Positions 36,570-50,944 are shown, counted from the stretch's first letter. The stretch is 64,000 nucleotides of DNA from Octopus vulgaris (GCA_951406725.2 OX597822.1:32364001-32428000); one strand, 5' to 3'. The notes: generated by a model not told the origin, from the sequence alone. Translations and numbers: made by a program.

Positions 36570-39260
36570 TTACATTTTACAAAGCTTTAACTGCTGGAAC
36601 AAATAAACATCTGAAAACAACATTTTTCTAGAAGAGTGGAAAAGAAGCGCATACGGCTGTAAAAATCAATTACATAACAGCGAAGGCATAACCGACGGCC
36701 GTTGAAGGAGAAAGAAATGCTTGAGTATGACATTCATGCGATTATCGGAAGACTTTTTAACGACGTTCCTCGTTTACACATAAAGAAAATGCAAGCTATG
36801 AATAAAGTGTCACGAATAACGCAAATATCCATGAAAACATTCATGACGAAAATGAGTAAATGACAAACAACTCTTTTATAGGCGATGATTTTGGTGGTGT
36901 TGGCGGTGGAGATTATAGGTGATGGCTTTGGTGGTGCTGGTAGTGGCGTGGGGGATATTTGTCGTTCAACAAAGATGATTCAATTTTTTCTTCAGTTCCT
37001 GAAATAACGTGTATGCGGCTGAGCATCAAGATACTTTCATTTATAGATACAAAATATCTGACGATAGATCTATATCGTTTCCATTTCTTCTCCAGCACGG
37101 ACAAAATAGCATTTGAGCGGAGGCTATGGAAAATGATATCTTGTAAAGAGACAATTTCCTGAGATCAAACGCTGGAGAGTATGAATGCAAAGCAAGCTTT
37201 TTCACAATTTCCCATGCCCACTCACCAAGGTAATCTGATAGAGAACAAATTAAAATCTAGTGAGAACATTTCAATTACAAGAGGATTAATTCGGTAAATG
37301 TTATTCATTTTCTGACTGGAGGCAGTAACATTTTATCAATAGTTTAAACGAGAATGGAGTGGTGTAGGAAGACAATCGATTATTGTTAGAACAAGAATTA
37401 CCACATGTACGTTACAGTTTATAAACAAAACAATGAGATAACAATCATGCTTAGGGAAGTCGCAGGATAGAAAGAGGCTCAGCAGAAGAGAAAATATTTT
37501 GCCGTGATTGCCACCGAGATCAATTTCGCTAATCACATTCTAGGATGGATGATAGAATCATTATAATATTTGTTTCAGTTATTGCAATTTGAATTCAAAC
37601 TCAACCGTGACCTTTTTGTGCAGTAGATTTAATCTGGCGCACAATTCATCCCCACCATTTCGTCCGTAGGTGACTTTAGCGGTACTCACTCTGATATAAC
37701 CATTCAGATCAATTCCCTACTTTTAGGCAACCTTTTCTCCTCACCTCTGAAACTCGTAGGTTTTTAAAAGAGTCAAAGTCACCGGTTATACTCCAAGCTA
37801 AGAATTGAAAAGGAAGTTATATGTGATACAGATTATGAAGCTGAAAAGAGATAATTTCACAAAATCCACTAATCACATGCACGATAATAAAATAGATACC
37901 TAAACATTAGACAAAATGTGAAATCACAAATATTTAGTGAATAAAAACAACTAAATAGAATTCAACACACACAAACGAAAGAGTGTCTTAATAGATAAAA
38001 TATATATGTATGAACACCCTAGCTATTTTTGGTAAGGAGTTATAGATATATCTTCAACTTGATGTTAAATGAGTAGACAGTAGAAACGCTAAAGACACAT
38101 GTTGTATTTACTATATGTTACACACAAATATAAATAAACGTTCCTTCTGGAGCTATGCCAGTCCCATAAGGGTCGGTTTCCCGTTTTCAGTGGCGTAGAA
38201 ATTTCCCATCTGGACGGGACCCCGGTCCGTCGCAGGATTATTCATTTTTGCCTGCTGAGTGGACTGGAGCAACGTGAAATGAAGCGTTTTGCTCAAGAAC
38301 TCAACGCATCGCCCGGTCCAGGAATCGAAACAATAACCTTACGAACTTGAGTCAACACTCTAAGCATTAATCCACGCGCCTTCGCTACACAAAAATATAC
38401 ATATATTAAATATGTCATGAGTACACGGAAGTTGGGGTTGTATGTAACGGGAAAATGTATAGAATCGCATCGTTATAAGAAAACAATACTTACTTAAATT
38501 AATAATGCTAAATTGATATAGAAATTATAATACATAAAACAAATTGTTAAGGAAGCTAGCAAAATCTTAAGGACGCTAGCAAATACATAACAGAGACTCA
38601 AGTGGTAGTGAGGAAAGTCCAAACAATCAATGACTGGTGAATGTCAATAGCAAAATCACAACACCGGCTGAACAGCTTCAAACTCAAGGTTGAGAAAGAA
38701 GCATTCTCATGATTAAAGAACTACAACCAAACCCCACATGTACATTCTTTCCGATATTCAAATTCCCTTATAATGAAATCTCAGTAAGTAACATACTCTT
38801 CCTTTATTATTTTTTTCTGTTCGCCCTCAGTGTAGTTTCAGCTTTCCCTCTTCATTTCACGGCTATATCTGACTATATTTTTTTCTGCTATGTAGAGATA
38901 CCTTTTAGCATTCTGATATTTGAGATAAGATCCGGAATCCTTGAAAATTGTTGGCGAAATACGGCTGAGAAATAAATAGAATCCAATTGGCCTTTAGCAA
39001 TGTAACATTCAGTGTTACCCACACATTCCATTTTTGCTTTGTACAAACACCGGCACTAACCTGTAAATGTTATTCCTTTCAAAAGTGAGCCAAGGCTGGA
39101 TATTATACTTCTTACAAAATTCTGTAGGATAAGGTTATCGCATAGAATTATTCAAATTACTTTCATTATGTTTTCATTACTGGACAAACATACTTTTAGT
39201 CATTTTTGCTGGCAAATCTCACTAACATTAAAAAAAATATTATTTTAGCGTCAATAACTT
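36570..39260 (+). mobile_element. Unit A of an old ~3 kb head-to-tail duplication; probable decayed Penelope-like element
   Basis: Blocks are colinear with 39478-42400. Residual FNKDDSIF..ILSFID..LTIDLYR (RT/thumb-like) and KITT..IKELQPN (GIY-YIG C-terminus-like). Confidence 0.55.
38140..38383 (-). mobile_element. tRNA-derived SINE (family C head, different tail)
   Basis: GCTGAGTGGACTGGAGCAACGTGAAAT is shared with 14807-14833; B box GTTTCGATTCC on the minus strand. Confidence 0.8.
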
Positions 39261-39794
39261 TAATAACACCACTACGTTGTAAGCTATTAATGATTTATTT
39301 TCCTATTTTGTGGTCATTCGTTTTCTTTCAAACTAACATATTGTACGATAATGCATGCTCACACACACAGAACAACAAACAGACAAACACAAGCACAAGT
39401 TTTACTATACTATATACATGTGTGTTTGTGTAGGTTTGCGCTTGTGTGCATATAGGTCTCATCGTGTCAATTCCTCCTTACAGTTTTCAAAGCCTTAACT
39501 GATGAAACGAATAAACATCTGAAAACGATATTTTTTTTTCAGGAGAATAGAAAAGAAGCGCATACAACTATAAAACTGATTCACATTATAGAAAAGGCAA
39601 AACCAGCAAACATTGAAGGAGAAATAAATGTTTGAGTGTGACATCGATGGATTATCGGGAGGTTTTTTAACGACGTTCCTACCTAAACACACATAGAGGA
39701 AATATTAACTACGAACAAAGTCTTATCGATGATGTAAAGATCCATTAAACATTTCATGAGTAATGGACAAACAATCGCATTATTGTTGATCGTG

Positions 39795-39970
39795 GTGCAC
39801 ACTGGACAAAATGTTTCACGACATTTCGTCCGTCTTCTTGTTCTGAGTTCAAATGTAGGCGATTTCACCTTTGCCTTTTATTATGTCTTCGTCTATTAAA
39901 TAAGTACCAGGTGTAATCGATTTACCCTCAGCTCTAAAATTGTTGGCCTTGTGTGAAAATTTGAAACCAT
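39795..39970 (+). mobile_element. Family A SINE inserted in unit B
   Basis: GTTCTGAGTTCAAAT...CTTTGCCTTT...AAATAAGTACCAG...TGTAATCGA; absent from unit A. Confidence 0.75.
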
Positions 39971-39979
39971 TATTATTGC

Positions 39980-40170
39980 TGGAGGTGGATGTGGTAGTGG
40001 TGGTGGAGGTTAGAGGTAGTAGTGGCGGTGGAGGTGGAGGTGGTAGTTGATGTGGAGGTAGTAGTGGTGGTGGAGCTGGGAGTGGTAGTGGTGGAGGTGG
40101 AGTTGGTAGTGGTGGTGGAGGTAGAGGTGGTAGCTGTGGTGGTGTGGTCGACAGTACTAGTGGTAGCAGA
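39980..40170. repeat. G-rich (GTG/GAG/GTA)n trinucleotide repeat
   Basis: Directly visible; source of the poly-T/V ORFs. Confidence 0.9.
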
Positions 40171-43100
40171 AGTGCATGTTCGTTTGATGATGAGTAACCA
40201 GTTGTTCAATTAAATGAATTACAATCACCTTACATAAATTATAAGTAGTTGTGCATTCAACGGCCAAGTGTATGGTTGACAAAATTCTCAAGCAGAATTA
40301 TTGCAATATTACGTGCCTCAAGACCATACCTTTTCAATTCCAGATGCAAACCTCCTAACACTTTCCATCTGCGCACATTCACTCCCAACGTATGGTTCGA
40401 CTGCATGTTATAGAAACTGATATATTCTCATGATACAACACAGTGGGATCAATCTCAGAGCATTGTGAAACAAAGCTAGCCGCTGAGCAATTCGGCTTTT
40501 GAAATTACTGCACCTACCAAAAATTTTAGAAGTTCAGTAATATGACGGAGAACATATAAAAGCTTCCTCTGGTTCAATTAGAATAGAAATGTATCTAGAG
40601 GGGATTTAATATTTTCGTTTTCTTCCATGCTGTAATAAACTTTTATCTATACGATAAACTGAAATGGACGAGTATAGGGAAACAATCGGCATTTTGAATG
40701 TTGCAGATACTTAACAGTAACTAGAATAAATCAAGTAGACAGTAGCCGGATATTAGTAAGTCGTAGAGTCCCAGAAGAGTTGCAGTGGAGAAAAAATGCA
40801 TTACGCTATTCTTTTGGCTTCTCGTTCAGTTGCCACCGAGATCAATTTTGCCTTTCATATGTTGGGGTGGACGGTTGAAACGTTATAGTATAGTATGAGA
40901 TTTTTTCTGGTTATATATTCTGGGTTCCCGGAGAGCTCCATTGCGCTTTGGTAACTTGAGCGGGTCTTACTCGAGTATAACCATTCGGATAAAAAGATTT
41001 AAATTTATGATCACTTCTCCATTCGCCACTGGATCTCGGAAATTTTTAGCGTTATATACATTGGTTACACTAGCAGCAAAACCAGGAAAAGAAATTATAT
41101 AAGATACGCGAGAACCCTTTTCCTACGGTAGAGACCTAGTCGAAATGTTTGGAACAAGCACCGTTTATCTTAGTGGTTGTACTAAATGAAAGTAAGTTTG
41201 CATCATGCCTAGAAATCAATAAATGAGGTAAAGAAATGGACAAAAATATTAGAAAAAAATGCTAAATTACAAATGCTTAGATCCTAATTAACTACACAGG
41301 AAGGAACACGGGGAAAAATGGATTAATATTTAAAACAGAGCTAAATGCATAAAATATAATTACATTTATCAATACCGTAGATTTTTCGATAAATAGCTAT
41401 AGTTATAATCTCAATAACACATTAAAAAACAATCAGAAAAGGAAAAGACATCCAATATATCACTCAGAAAATCAGTCGTATATTACACTTACCATTCATG
41501 CATGGAGTTTGGGGCCTTGTGCAACAGGAAAATATCCAGAATGATCTCGTTATATGCAAACGTAACAAGCAGAATAATAATACTGAATTAAAACAAACAT
41601 TATAAAACATAAAAAAAAAACATTTACTCTCCTCCAGAAAACCAACAAATGCATAAAAAAAGAGGCTAACATGGAAACAAGGTTACTCTAGAATGGCCAA
41701 TAGTTGTAGATATTCAATAGGATATAAATACAAAAATGCAAATCACAACACTCGCTGAACGCTGTGACACTCAAAGTTCAGCATGGAGGATTTGCAGATT
41801 TAAAGAACTACAACCAAACCCCATATATGCATTTTACCCAATATTCACTTATAAACACACCATAGTACGTGACATAATGTTCCTTCATTTTCAGTTTTCA
41901 TACCCATTCTTGTTGTATCTTTTGATTTTCATATCAAACCAATATCTAATTGCATTCGAGTCGTTTCCAAAACAATATCCTTTGACGTTTCTATTCCCTT
42001 CTATGTTGAAACACTTTTTAGCCATTTGATATATATTTAATAGGGTAAGATCGGAAATCCTTGGAGACTGTTGGCGATATACGGATTAGATATAAATTGA
42101 ATGAGTTTGCTTTCAGCAGTGATAAATCCAGTGTTTCACACACATTTCTTTTTTTGTTTCGTACGATCACCAACATTGATCTTTAAATGTTATTCCTTTC
42201 TCAGAATGAGCCAAGGTTAGATATTACACTTCTCACCGCAATTAGGTGTTGTGAAATTATGGTTAATCAAATTTAGTCAAATGATTTTCATTAAAATTTC
42301 ATCATTTGGCATTCCAACGCATTTTTAGTCTTTGTTTTTCACTGACAAAATCTCAATAACATTAAACAAATATTTATTCTGTTAGCACTAATAACTTCAA
42401 CAGATAAATGGGTCACACTCCATTATATTAAAATCTACTATTGTATTACTAGTCTACCTTGGGAATATTAGAATTCTTCCGAAGTAGCTCATGAAACATA
42501 ATACTAGCGCGCGCACATACACACACAAAGAAACACACATAACATATTTATAGGTGTGTTTATATTATCTATATATGTTTATGTGCATATACATCTAATC
42601 ATTATCTGTAATAATATTGATAAAAGTAATGATAAAATGTTTGATAAAAATGATAAAAGAAATAAAAGGCACATCACAGAAAAAAACGAAACAAACAAGA
42701 TACATCATATTTCATACCACACAAACACAGAAACTAACAGATATCCAATAAAAATATAATTTTATTTAACAATACGATATAATAAAACTCACATTATCGT
42801 AAATAATTGCAACAATAAACAAATACTGATTAAATACAACTGAATTATGTAAAGTGTACAATATTGACAGGGCTTTACAAAACACTTCCTTGCGATAGTA
42901 AATTATCGGAAAGAGACGAAGTTATAATTTTTCAGAATTTTCCTACAATAAAACACGCCAGAAAAATAGAAATAAAAAATTGGCTTTATAATATAGGAAG
43001 CTTAACTTGATTGTTTAATGATAAGAAATAACAACGTTTGATAGAAAAATACACTATAAATGAAGCAGCAAATGAACTTTTATCATACGAAAACAAAAAT

Positions 43101-43210
43101 ATCTAAAATGGCAATCTTTAAATTTATCTATCTTCTCAATATCTATATATCTATTAGTCAGCCTGTCTATTTGTATTGTTTCTCTCTCTCTCTCGCTCTC
43201 TCTCTCTGGC

Positions 43211-43246
<36 letters not shown>

Positions 43247-43247
43247 T

Positions 43248-43717
43248 TCTTTTACTTGTTTCAGTCATTTAACTGCAGCCATGCTGCAGAACCGTTTTTA
43301 GCTGAACAAACCGACGCCAAGATTTATTCTTTGTAAGCCTAGTACTTATTCTACCGATCCTTTTGTCGAACCGCTAAGTTACGGGGACGTAAGTACACCA
43401 ACACCGGTTGTCAAATGATGGTGGGGGTACAAATAAAAACACACATAAATATACACACACGCAGACAGACACACACACACATGCACATACAAACACACGC
43501 ACACACGCACACACACACACACACACACAGATATATATATATATATATATATACTCCGGGCTTCTTCCAGTTTCCATCTATCAAGTCCATTCTGAAGGGT
43601 TTGTTCGGAACGAAGCCATAGTAGAAGTCACGTGCCCAAGGTACCCTGCAGTGAAACTGAACCCGGAACTATGTGCTTCGGAAGCAAGCGTCTTACCACA
43701 GAGTCACTCCTGCGACT
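43248..43717 (-). mobile_element. SINE family B (tRNA head, CORE-like domain, internal microsatellite)
   Basis: Colinear with 60536-60957; head CGCAGGAGTGACTCTGTGGTAAG on the minus strand. Confidence 0.9.
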
Positions 43718-43868
<151 letters not shown>

Positions 43869-44369
43869 CGGAATGCAATTATAAAAGCATAAGAAAAAGC
43901 CTTGAAAAACATTATATATTTTGATAAATTCATAATAGCCTTCAGGCACATTGTAGTTTAATGCGTTTAACATGTACAAAATTACAACTGAAAGACATAG
44001 CAATTAATAAGAATAAAGGCAATTAGAGCAGAAAACCTATTGTTACGTTGAGAAAACTTGTCAGTTGAAGATTATAATGTAATTTTCAGATGCTATATTC
44101 AGATTATCCAAATTGGCAATAAGAAGGCTAATATAGACGATATATATATATATATGTATGTATGTATATGTATATGTTTGTATGGGTGTGTATGTATGTA
44201 TATATGTTTTTGAGAATTTTCTCACCGGTTATTTCTCTATAAATTATTTAGAAATGAGGATCTTGTCGCATTATTTGCATATATCCGTTTTTCACAGTCT
44301 ACTCTATACAAGAATGTTATTATTTTTATTCTCCGAAAATTATTTAAAATTAAGCATTCTAATGTATCA

Positions 44370-44790
44370 AGCAAAATTTCAAATCGCGCTGTCTTGTACA
44401 ACCTGTGTAAAAGAGACTTCCATTGCGACAGAAACGCAAACGGTGCTTACGAGGCTATTGTCGACACACCCTTATTGTATGCCTATGAAGCCGGAATGCT
44501 TTATGAAAAGGGTTTAAACACGAGGGATGGTTTCCGTCAATAGATATATGCTTCATTTTCATAAATTTGTGAAGCCATTTAAGGGCATTTCTAATCGAAC
44601 AAAACTTGTTAAATTTGAGGTGTTAGCAACAACTACATGTCCAATTGGTTGGACATGTTCAAAGAATATATAGTTATCGGCTACCAGAGATACTAAGATA
44701 TGGTGAAGCTAAAGAAGGAACGGAGTCATCAGGATTTATATGTCAGTGATACAAAAATCAATAGAAATGACTTTCAAAAACTACCATATT
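44370..44790 (+). mobile_element. RTE-clade LINE, RT C-terminal remnant
   Basis: AYEAIVDTPLLYAYEA (Y.A.V...LLY..E.W), EVL, GHVQR and EILRYGE motifs across frameshifts. Confidence 0.6.
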
Positions 44791-44809
44791 TTTGTCTTGT
44801 CTTGGTGTT

Positions 44810-45590
44810 GCAAGCAGAGTAGTCGGTGTCTTTCGCACTCCACTCAGTTTAATCCATAGAATTACAATCGGGGATATTAGGAGGCCATAAGCGGGGGCTG
44901 TTGATTGATGCTGTAGAAATTTTTCTACAGCTACCTCTCATTTTTTCTGGAGATATAGCAAGGAAGTGAAATGTGCTACCACACATATAGCCTCCCAGCA
45001 GCCAACCTTTCAAACCATCGTTTGCCACAGTCTCCAGCAATTTCACATAACCCTCTGAATTTGAGCCTAAGACACTCCTGCAGTTGTTGCTTTATTTCTT
45101 CTCGTCAAAGCAGTCAGTATGCCTGCTGGCCACAACATAGTAGTCTCCGTTGCAGCTAACCATGTCGTGTCATACAACGGTCGTGTCTTCCCAGAGCATT
45201 GAGCAGCAGTTATGATATCGGCATTATGATACAAGATGAAAAATATCATGGTAAAAGTAACTTTTCCAATTTTTTTTTATTTCTTTACTACCCATAAGGG
45301 GCTACACGCAGAGGGGACAAACAAGGACAGACAAACGGATTAAGTCGATTATATCGACCCCAGTGCGTAACTGGTACTTAATTTATTGACCCCGAAAGGA
45401 TGAAAGGCAAAGTCGACCTCGGCGGAATTTGAACTCAGAACGTAGCGGCAGACGAAATACTGCTGAGCATTTCACCCGGCGTGCTAACGCTTCTGCCAGC
45501 TCGCCGCCTTTTCCAAAATTCCGTTGATTTCTGTTCTCCATGTCAGCTAACATTTTGTCAACGACGACTTTGACTGTTTGCTAATACATC
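44810..45590 (-). mobile_element. Internally deleted Tc1/mariner-superfamily element interrupted by a SINE
   Basis: SPRLWPPNIPDCNSMD (WPPNSPDLNPLD motif) in ORF 44849-45046; HNADIITAAQCS N-terminal-like segment; outer limits approximate. Confidence 0.7.
45279..45509 (-). mobile_element. Full-length young family A SINE with TSD
   Basis: Complete element closely matching the other full copies; CTTTTCCAA flanks both sides (45261 and ~45507). Confidence 0.95.
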
Positions 45591-45599
45591 AAGCTGATC

Positions 45600-46040
45600 C
45601 TGAGAAAAAGACATAGAACTCCGACAAATTTACCCACAACACCCAGTAAGAATTCAGACACCTTAAGGTCTTTGAGCCAAAAATTCATGCCGTAGTTATC
45701 AGCATTCTTTTACTTCATAGATATGCTAATACCATAGTTGCCTGTCTTAGAACACATGCATTCAACGGAACCCGTATTGCATTTTTTTCCTCAGTACTTA
45801 CCATATCATCAGAAAAAAGACACTTTATCTTGATGTATTTTCATTTTCAACATTCCCAGTGTTGGGTGATCCAACTCCATTGTGATTTGTCGATATGATC
45901 AAATTAAATATCATGTCCTTTTTATGAAATTTCGAATCCAGTCATAATGCAGAACAATTGTGAGCAGTGTAATCTATTTTAACCCGTGTCAACTAATAGC
46001 CTGATATGGAATTTAGTGGACGGCATCTATACCTAAGTTC
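45600..46040 (-). mobile_element. Possible CR1-like RT remnant
   Basis: Minus-strand fragments WIRNF, NGV..TLG and SFSDDM fall in the order expected for WI.NFL / GVPQG.VLG / FADD. Confidence 0.35.
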
Positions 46041-48962
46041 GTTGTCATGTATAAACATAAATAGATAGATATATAGATGTATATGGGGTTTTATGTGTGC
46101 TCGTATGAGGATGTATATGCATTTGTTTGTGTACGTATGTGTGTATGTGTATGTGTGTGTATGTGCGTATGAAAGTGTGAAGTGTGAGTGCGTGTAAGCA
46201 TGTTCGAATTTTATCCCTCACTTGACAGCTGGTTTAGCCTTCTTTACGATCCTAGGCAATATCACCCGACAGTTAAATCTACTAACTTGAAAAATAAGTA
46301 TTGTTTCTATAATCGCTTATAGAAGTTTAAGAATGAAATACTAAAAAGAAATATATCGATATATAAACAAATATATATTTAAGTTTATCGCTTTTTTTGG
46401 ATAACTTAAGAATAGCGATACTTGTATATTTCATATTGAATGTCAGGATAAATTTTCTCTTTGCTTTGAGGAAGTAAACATGAGTGGAGAGAAAATTCCA
46501 GAAATGAGAATTTCAGTTTAGTAGATTGGAAAGTTAGCAACATCGGCAAAGGATTGTTGCGTACATTTAATACATAACTTTTAATTGTTTGAGTGGAAGA
46601 AAAATCGAAAATAACTCGTATGTTTCTACCGCAGAGAACTTCGATCTTTCAAAATTATTCCAGTGTGAAGTTAGTGCTTGCGTTTAGAGTAGCAAACTGT
46701 TGCCAATTCAGCACCTTTTAAAATCAATTCCAATACTGCAAAGTTTTATTTTTTCGGTTCTGTACTTGTCTAACATGTAACGTGATCTGAGATTTTGTGC
46801 TGAAACTGAAGCAACTCTATGGTAGAAGAGCCATTTAATAATGCATAACGATGTTAAATACACTTTAGATTTAAATTTTGACACGTCTCGGAAAAAATGT
46901 AAAACGAATTTAATAGCTTTGTGTATTCTTAAATGTCACTTTTACAATATAGCTCCCGAGGCATTCTTTTATTATAACTCGCATTTTTCTGTTTAGTCAG
47001 CTACACGTTAACATACATTTTAAAGAAATCACCTATGATCGTTGAATGTGCTGTAAATATTGGTTTTATTGGAACTAAGTACTAATATTTTATATTCTAG
47101 AATGCAATAGAATACTGTGATGTTCAAGCATTTTCCAAACCACTTTTTGTGTAAATGAAGGGTTAGAACGAAGGACAATATTAACGCAGCCAGATTATCT
47201 AACTGCGATAAAGCAAATTTATTTAACTTGGTTATGTTACACTACCGATAGTCAGTCGTGGTCAAACGTCTGGAATTTTTGTCTGTAAATTATGCCCAAG
47301 TAGAATTCGATTCAAATATATAAAACGTAGAGATATACTAAGCTAATAATTTCCAGAGCTATGTTTCAAACTTTTGAGCAAGTAATAATATATTGCACAT
47401 TAAATATAACTTAAAGTAAATAATAAAAAAAATCTCATTTTCAGACCTACATTGCACATTTTGGCCTCGACTGTATAAGCAAATTCTCTGTAACATCTTT
47501 AAGTCTCATTCATGTTACTTCATAATTATAATAGCCTACCTCTCAAACACGCGGTGCAAATCAAGATTCTCTTAAAGAAACACAATAGAAGTGTAAATAA
47601 TTTAAATGTTTTATACAGGAAAATGGAATATTTTGTAGTGTGGGCAGAAGGAAACTGTTTTAGTTTGGTTTACTATTTATTTGATTCATTTTGTTAACTG
47701 CATTATATTACATTTCAAACTGACAATACTCGCTATGTGGTGGTTTTATATCCAATAATATAATTATTTAATTACGTAAATCTTATTTCAATGTCTACAA
47801 AAACAGCGTTCAGGTGTCTTGGTGTTTTATATTTATTGAATATATAATTCTATTAAAATATCTAATATTCAAAATGATGCTTAAACAGAGAGATATATGT
47901 TCTATAATCTTTTTTAGGTTTCTTGTTTCTGATAGAATAATTATTTTTCAATAATTACAAAATCTCCAAAGGAAAAAAATACTTCCAATCAGAATCACAT
48001 ACTTCTAGAGAAATCAAGCACTTGAACTAAAAATCATGAAACAAGAACCACAAAGCGAAATACAAATAAAATTATGTATTATAAATAGAGTCTCGGGCTA
48101 AATAAACAAGTATTTCATAGCCTTAGAGATTAATCTTCAACATCCAATTACAATATCTGTCAATCACATGTTCTAGAATTAATAGTGTTGTTAGCACTCT
48201 TGTCAGATGGTAATTAGGAATAACCAAATTATTATGTTTAAATTGTCACTCATCGTTAAATTCCAATTACGCTATCCAAAACACATTTTGTTGTTTTCGA
48301 AGGTAGAACTACATTCGAGTCTATTTTCGACCCTAATTCCAATTATTTCATGTTATGCAATATCATATGTATTTTAGAAGATATTACGGATGTTTTTCTT
48401 TCTATGCTGATGTATTCAGTTGAGCACTGAGAGTGACAAAATGGGACTTCAGATGCATTTTATGTTTTGGTTCCACAGTCCATCCCTGGGTCTTAGTGCA
48501 GTATTAAACATATAACATTATTTTGTTTCTATCAGCTCTAATTAATTGTCTGTTACTTTAGTACATACATAACCACAATCGCAACCGTCATAAAATATTA
48601 GATTGTATTAAACCCAAACAAAATACGTGTTTACATCAGTGGAAATAATTACAGTGCGTGTTGTAGGTGTATCTACATTAATTGCAAAACTCAAATAAAT
48701 TTAAATGACGGAAAACCATCAGTTTTTCCTCACATTAGAGGAGAGACTTTTTTATGATTATCAGGATTTTTCATGATTAGCAGGAATGATTCGTCATGTT
48801 TCCGATATAATCTCCTATAATCAATGTATCTATTCTCTTGTTCTTCTCTCGTTTATTGCTTTTGTACTACAGTGGAATCTTTTTCTTTGCTTTTTAATTA
48901 AATCGCCAAACTTTTCAGGAAAGCAGTGACAATGTCTGCAGATTAAAGGACTGTTACAAATA

Positions 48963-50516
48963 ACATTATTTACATTATTTACATTTGAGGGATATTTGTC
49001 CTCATCTTTGCGACAACCATCAACCGCATTCCATACTTAGACATTATAGCTCCTATTGAAGAGATAGCCATAAATATATCGAAAGCTCAGGGAGATGAAC
49101 GAAGGTGGAAAATAAGAAAGATACTACATAAAGCAAACATCACTAAGGAAGAAAAGTTCGCTATCAATTCTATCATAATGCTTCCAGCAGACAAGGTTAA
49201 TGCTACAATGGTGATGAACAAGTCTGACTACTCTGAAATATTGGCTAGTCTTATAAGTTAAGGGTGCTATAGCAAAGTAAAGAAAGACCCAAATCTGAAA
49301 ACAGAGAGGAAGCTGTCACAGATCTTGATCAAGAACAAGGATCACTTGACACGAATGAAGTACAGACAACTGATTCAACACTAGAGTAAACTACCACACA
49401 TGTACGGTCCTCCTAAGATTCACAACGATAGTATTCTATTAGGACCTATATTGATCTGTAGAGGTCCAGCATATCATCCACTGAGACGCTTCCTTGTGGA
49501 TATAATGTGTCCATTGGCAGGAAAGTCAACATCATACGTGAACAATTGCGCCTACTTCACAGAATTGAGCAAGAATAACCCCATTGAATCTAACCAGATG
49601 GTGAGTCTAGATGTGATAAGTCTGTTCATCAAAGTCCCAACTGGTGAAGCACTATCGATGATTCAATGAAAGCTAGTGACAAACACCCATCTAAAAGAAC
49701 ACACAAGTATACCAATAAGAAACTTAATGGAAAGGTTGACCTTATGTGTAGAAACTACCTACTCCAGTATGGATACTGATATATATCGACAAGAGGAGGT
49801 TTTAGCTATGGGTTCGCCATTATCACCGATAATAGCCAATACATACATGGAAAACTTTGAGAAATTGGCTTTAGGATCAACACCAATAAAACCAACACTA
49901 TGGCTACAATATGTTGATGACACCTTTATACTCTGGCCCCACCAGGGAGATGTCTAAGTGCTGTTAGATCATGTGAACTCAATAAAGCCATCTGTAGAGT
50001 TCACAATGGAAAGGGAAAAAGAGAATCAAATAGCATTCCTGGACGTATTTATAACACGCACCCAGTATGGATTCAGGACATCCGTATACCGCAAGCCGAC
50101 CTTCACTGGACGATAGCTCAACTTCAATTCCCACCATCCATACGGTGTAAAGAGAGGGATTGCTCAGTGCCTAAAACGTCGAGCAATGCATATAATTAGC
50201 GATCGTGATACACACCACGAAGAAATGATCAAGCTCAATAACAATGTATTAGGCAACCACTACCCCCAAAACATACCATCCACTCCAATTATGAAGAAAA
50301 GAGGATGAAACCAAAAAACTGTCTACAGTCTACCCTATGTGAAAGGCCTCTCGGAAAATATGCAAAAGATATGCGGCCCATATGACATCAGGGCAGTATT
50401 CAAGAGTAATACAACATTCGCAAATTTCTCATTCGAATAAAACCACCAGTAGAAGAGAATATGACCAAAACTGCGTGTACTCCATCCCATGCAGCTGTAA
50501 TAGGCTCTACAATGAT
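48963..50516 (+). mobile_element. Penelope-like element (RT plus start of GIY-YIG), pseudogenised, with inverted 5' cap
   Basis: MLPADKVNATMVMNKSDY; MYGPPKIH..LGPI; MVSLDVISLF; AMGSPLSPIIAN; YVDDTF; FTME.EKENQIAFLDV; SVYRKPTFTGR*LNFNSHHP; LPYVKGLSE; CVYSIPCSC (GIY-YIG start, truncated). Many stops. Confidence 0.93.
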
Positions 50517-50752
50517 GAAATAAATATATTTTAAACGTCTTTTAAATTTATATTTTACTTTAAAGAGTACAAATTCGATCTTTATGATCTTCTCTTAATA
50601 GAAATATTGGTCCTTTTCTTAGAAACAATTGCTGGGGAATATGAAATAAAAGGATAATCCATTTTAACATTCAATCTGCTTCGTTTCATTTATTCGAAGT
50701 AATTTATTGAAATTTGTTTCATAAACTAAGTCTTATATATACATATACATAC

Positions 50753-50797
<45 letters not shown>

Positions 50798-50802
50798 TCT
50801 TA

Positions 50803-50853
<51 letters not shown>

Positions 50854-50944
50854 TATATATATATATATATATACGCTACATAAAACGAGACAAAGAAACC
50901 AAAGCAGTGTGAAATATCTAGACGATTTTAAATAAAGAGAAGTC

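Larger units (their letters stand above)
39478..42400 (+). mobile_element. Unit B of the duplication; probable decayed Penelope-like element
   Basis: 39478-39777 matches 36570-36875; 40828 matches 37507; 41495 matches 38420; 41735 matches 38650; 42045-42400 matches 38925-39260. Residual SVVY..CMEFGAL and QITTLAE..KELQPN. Confidence 0.55.
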
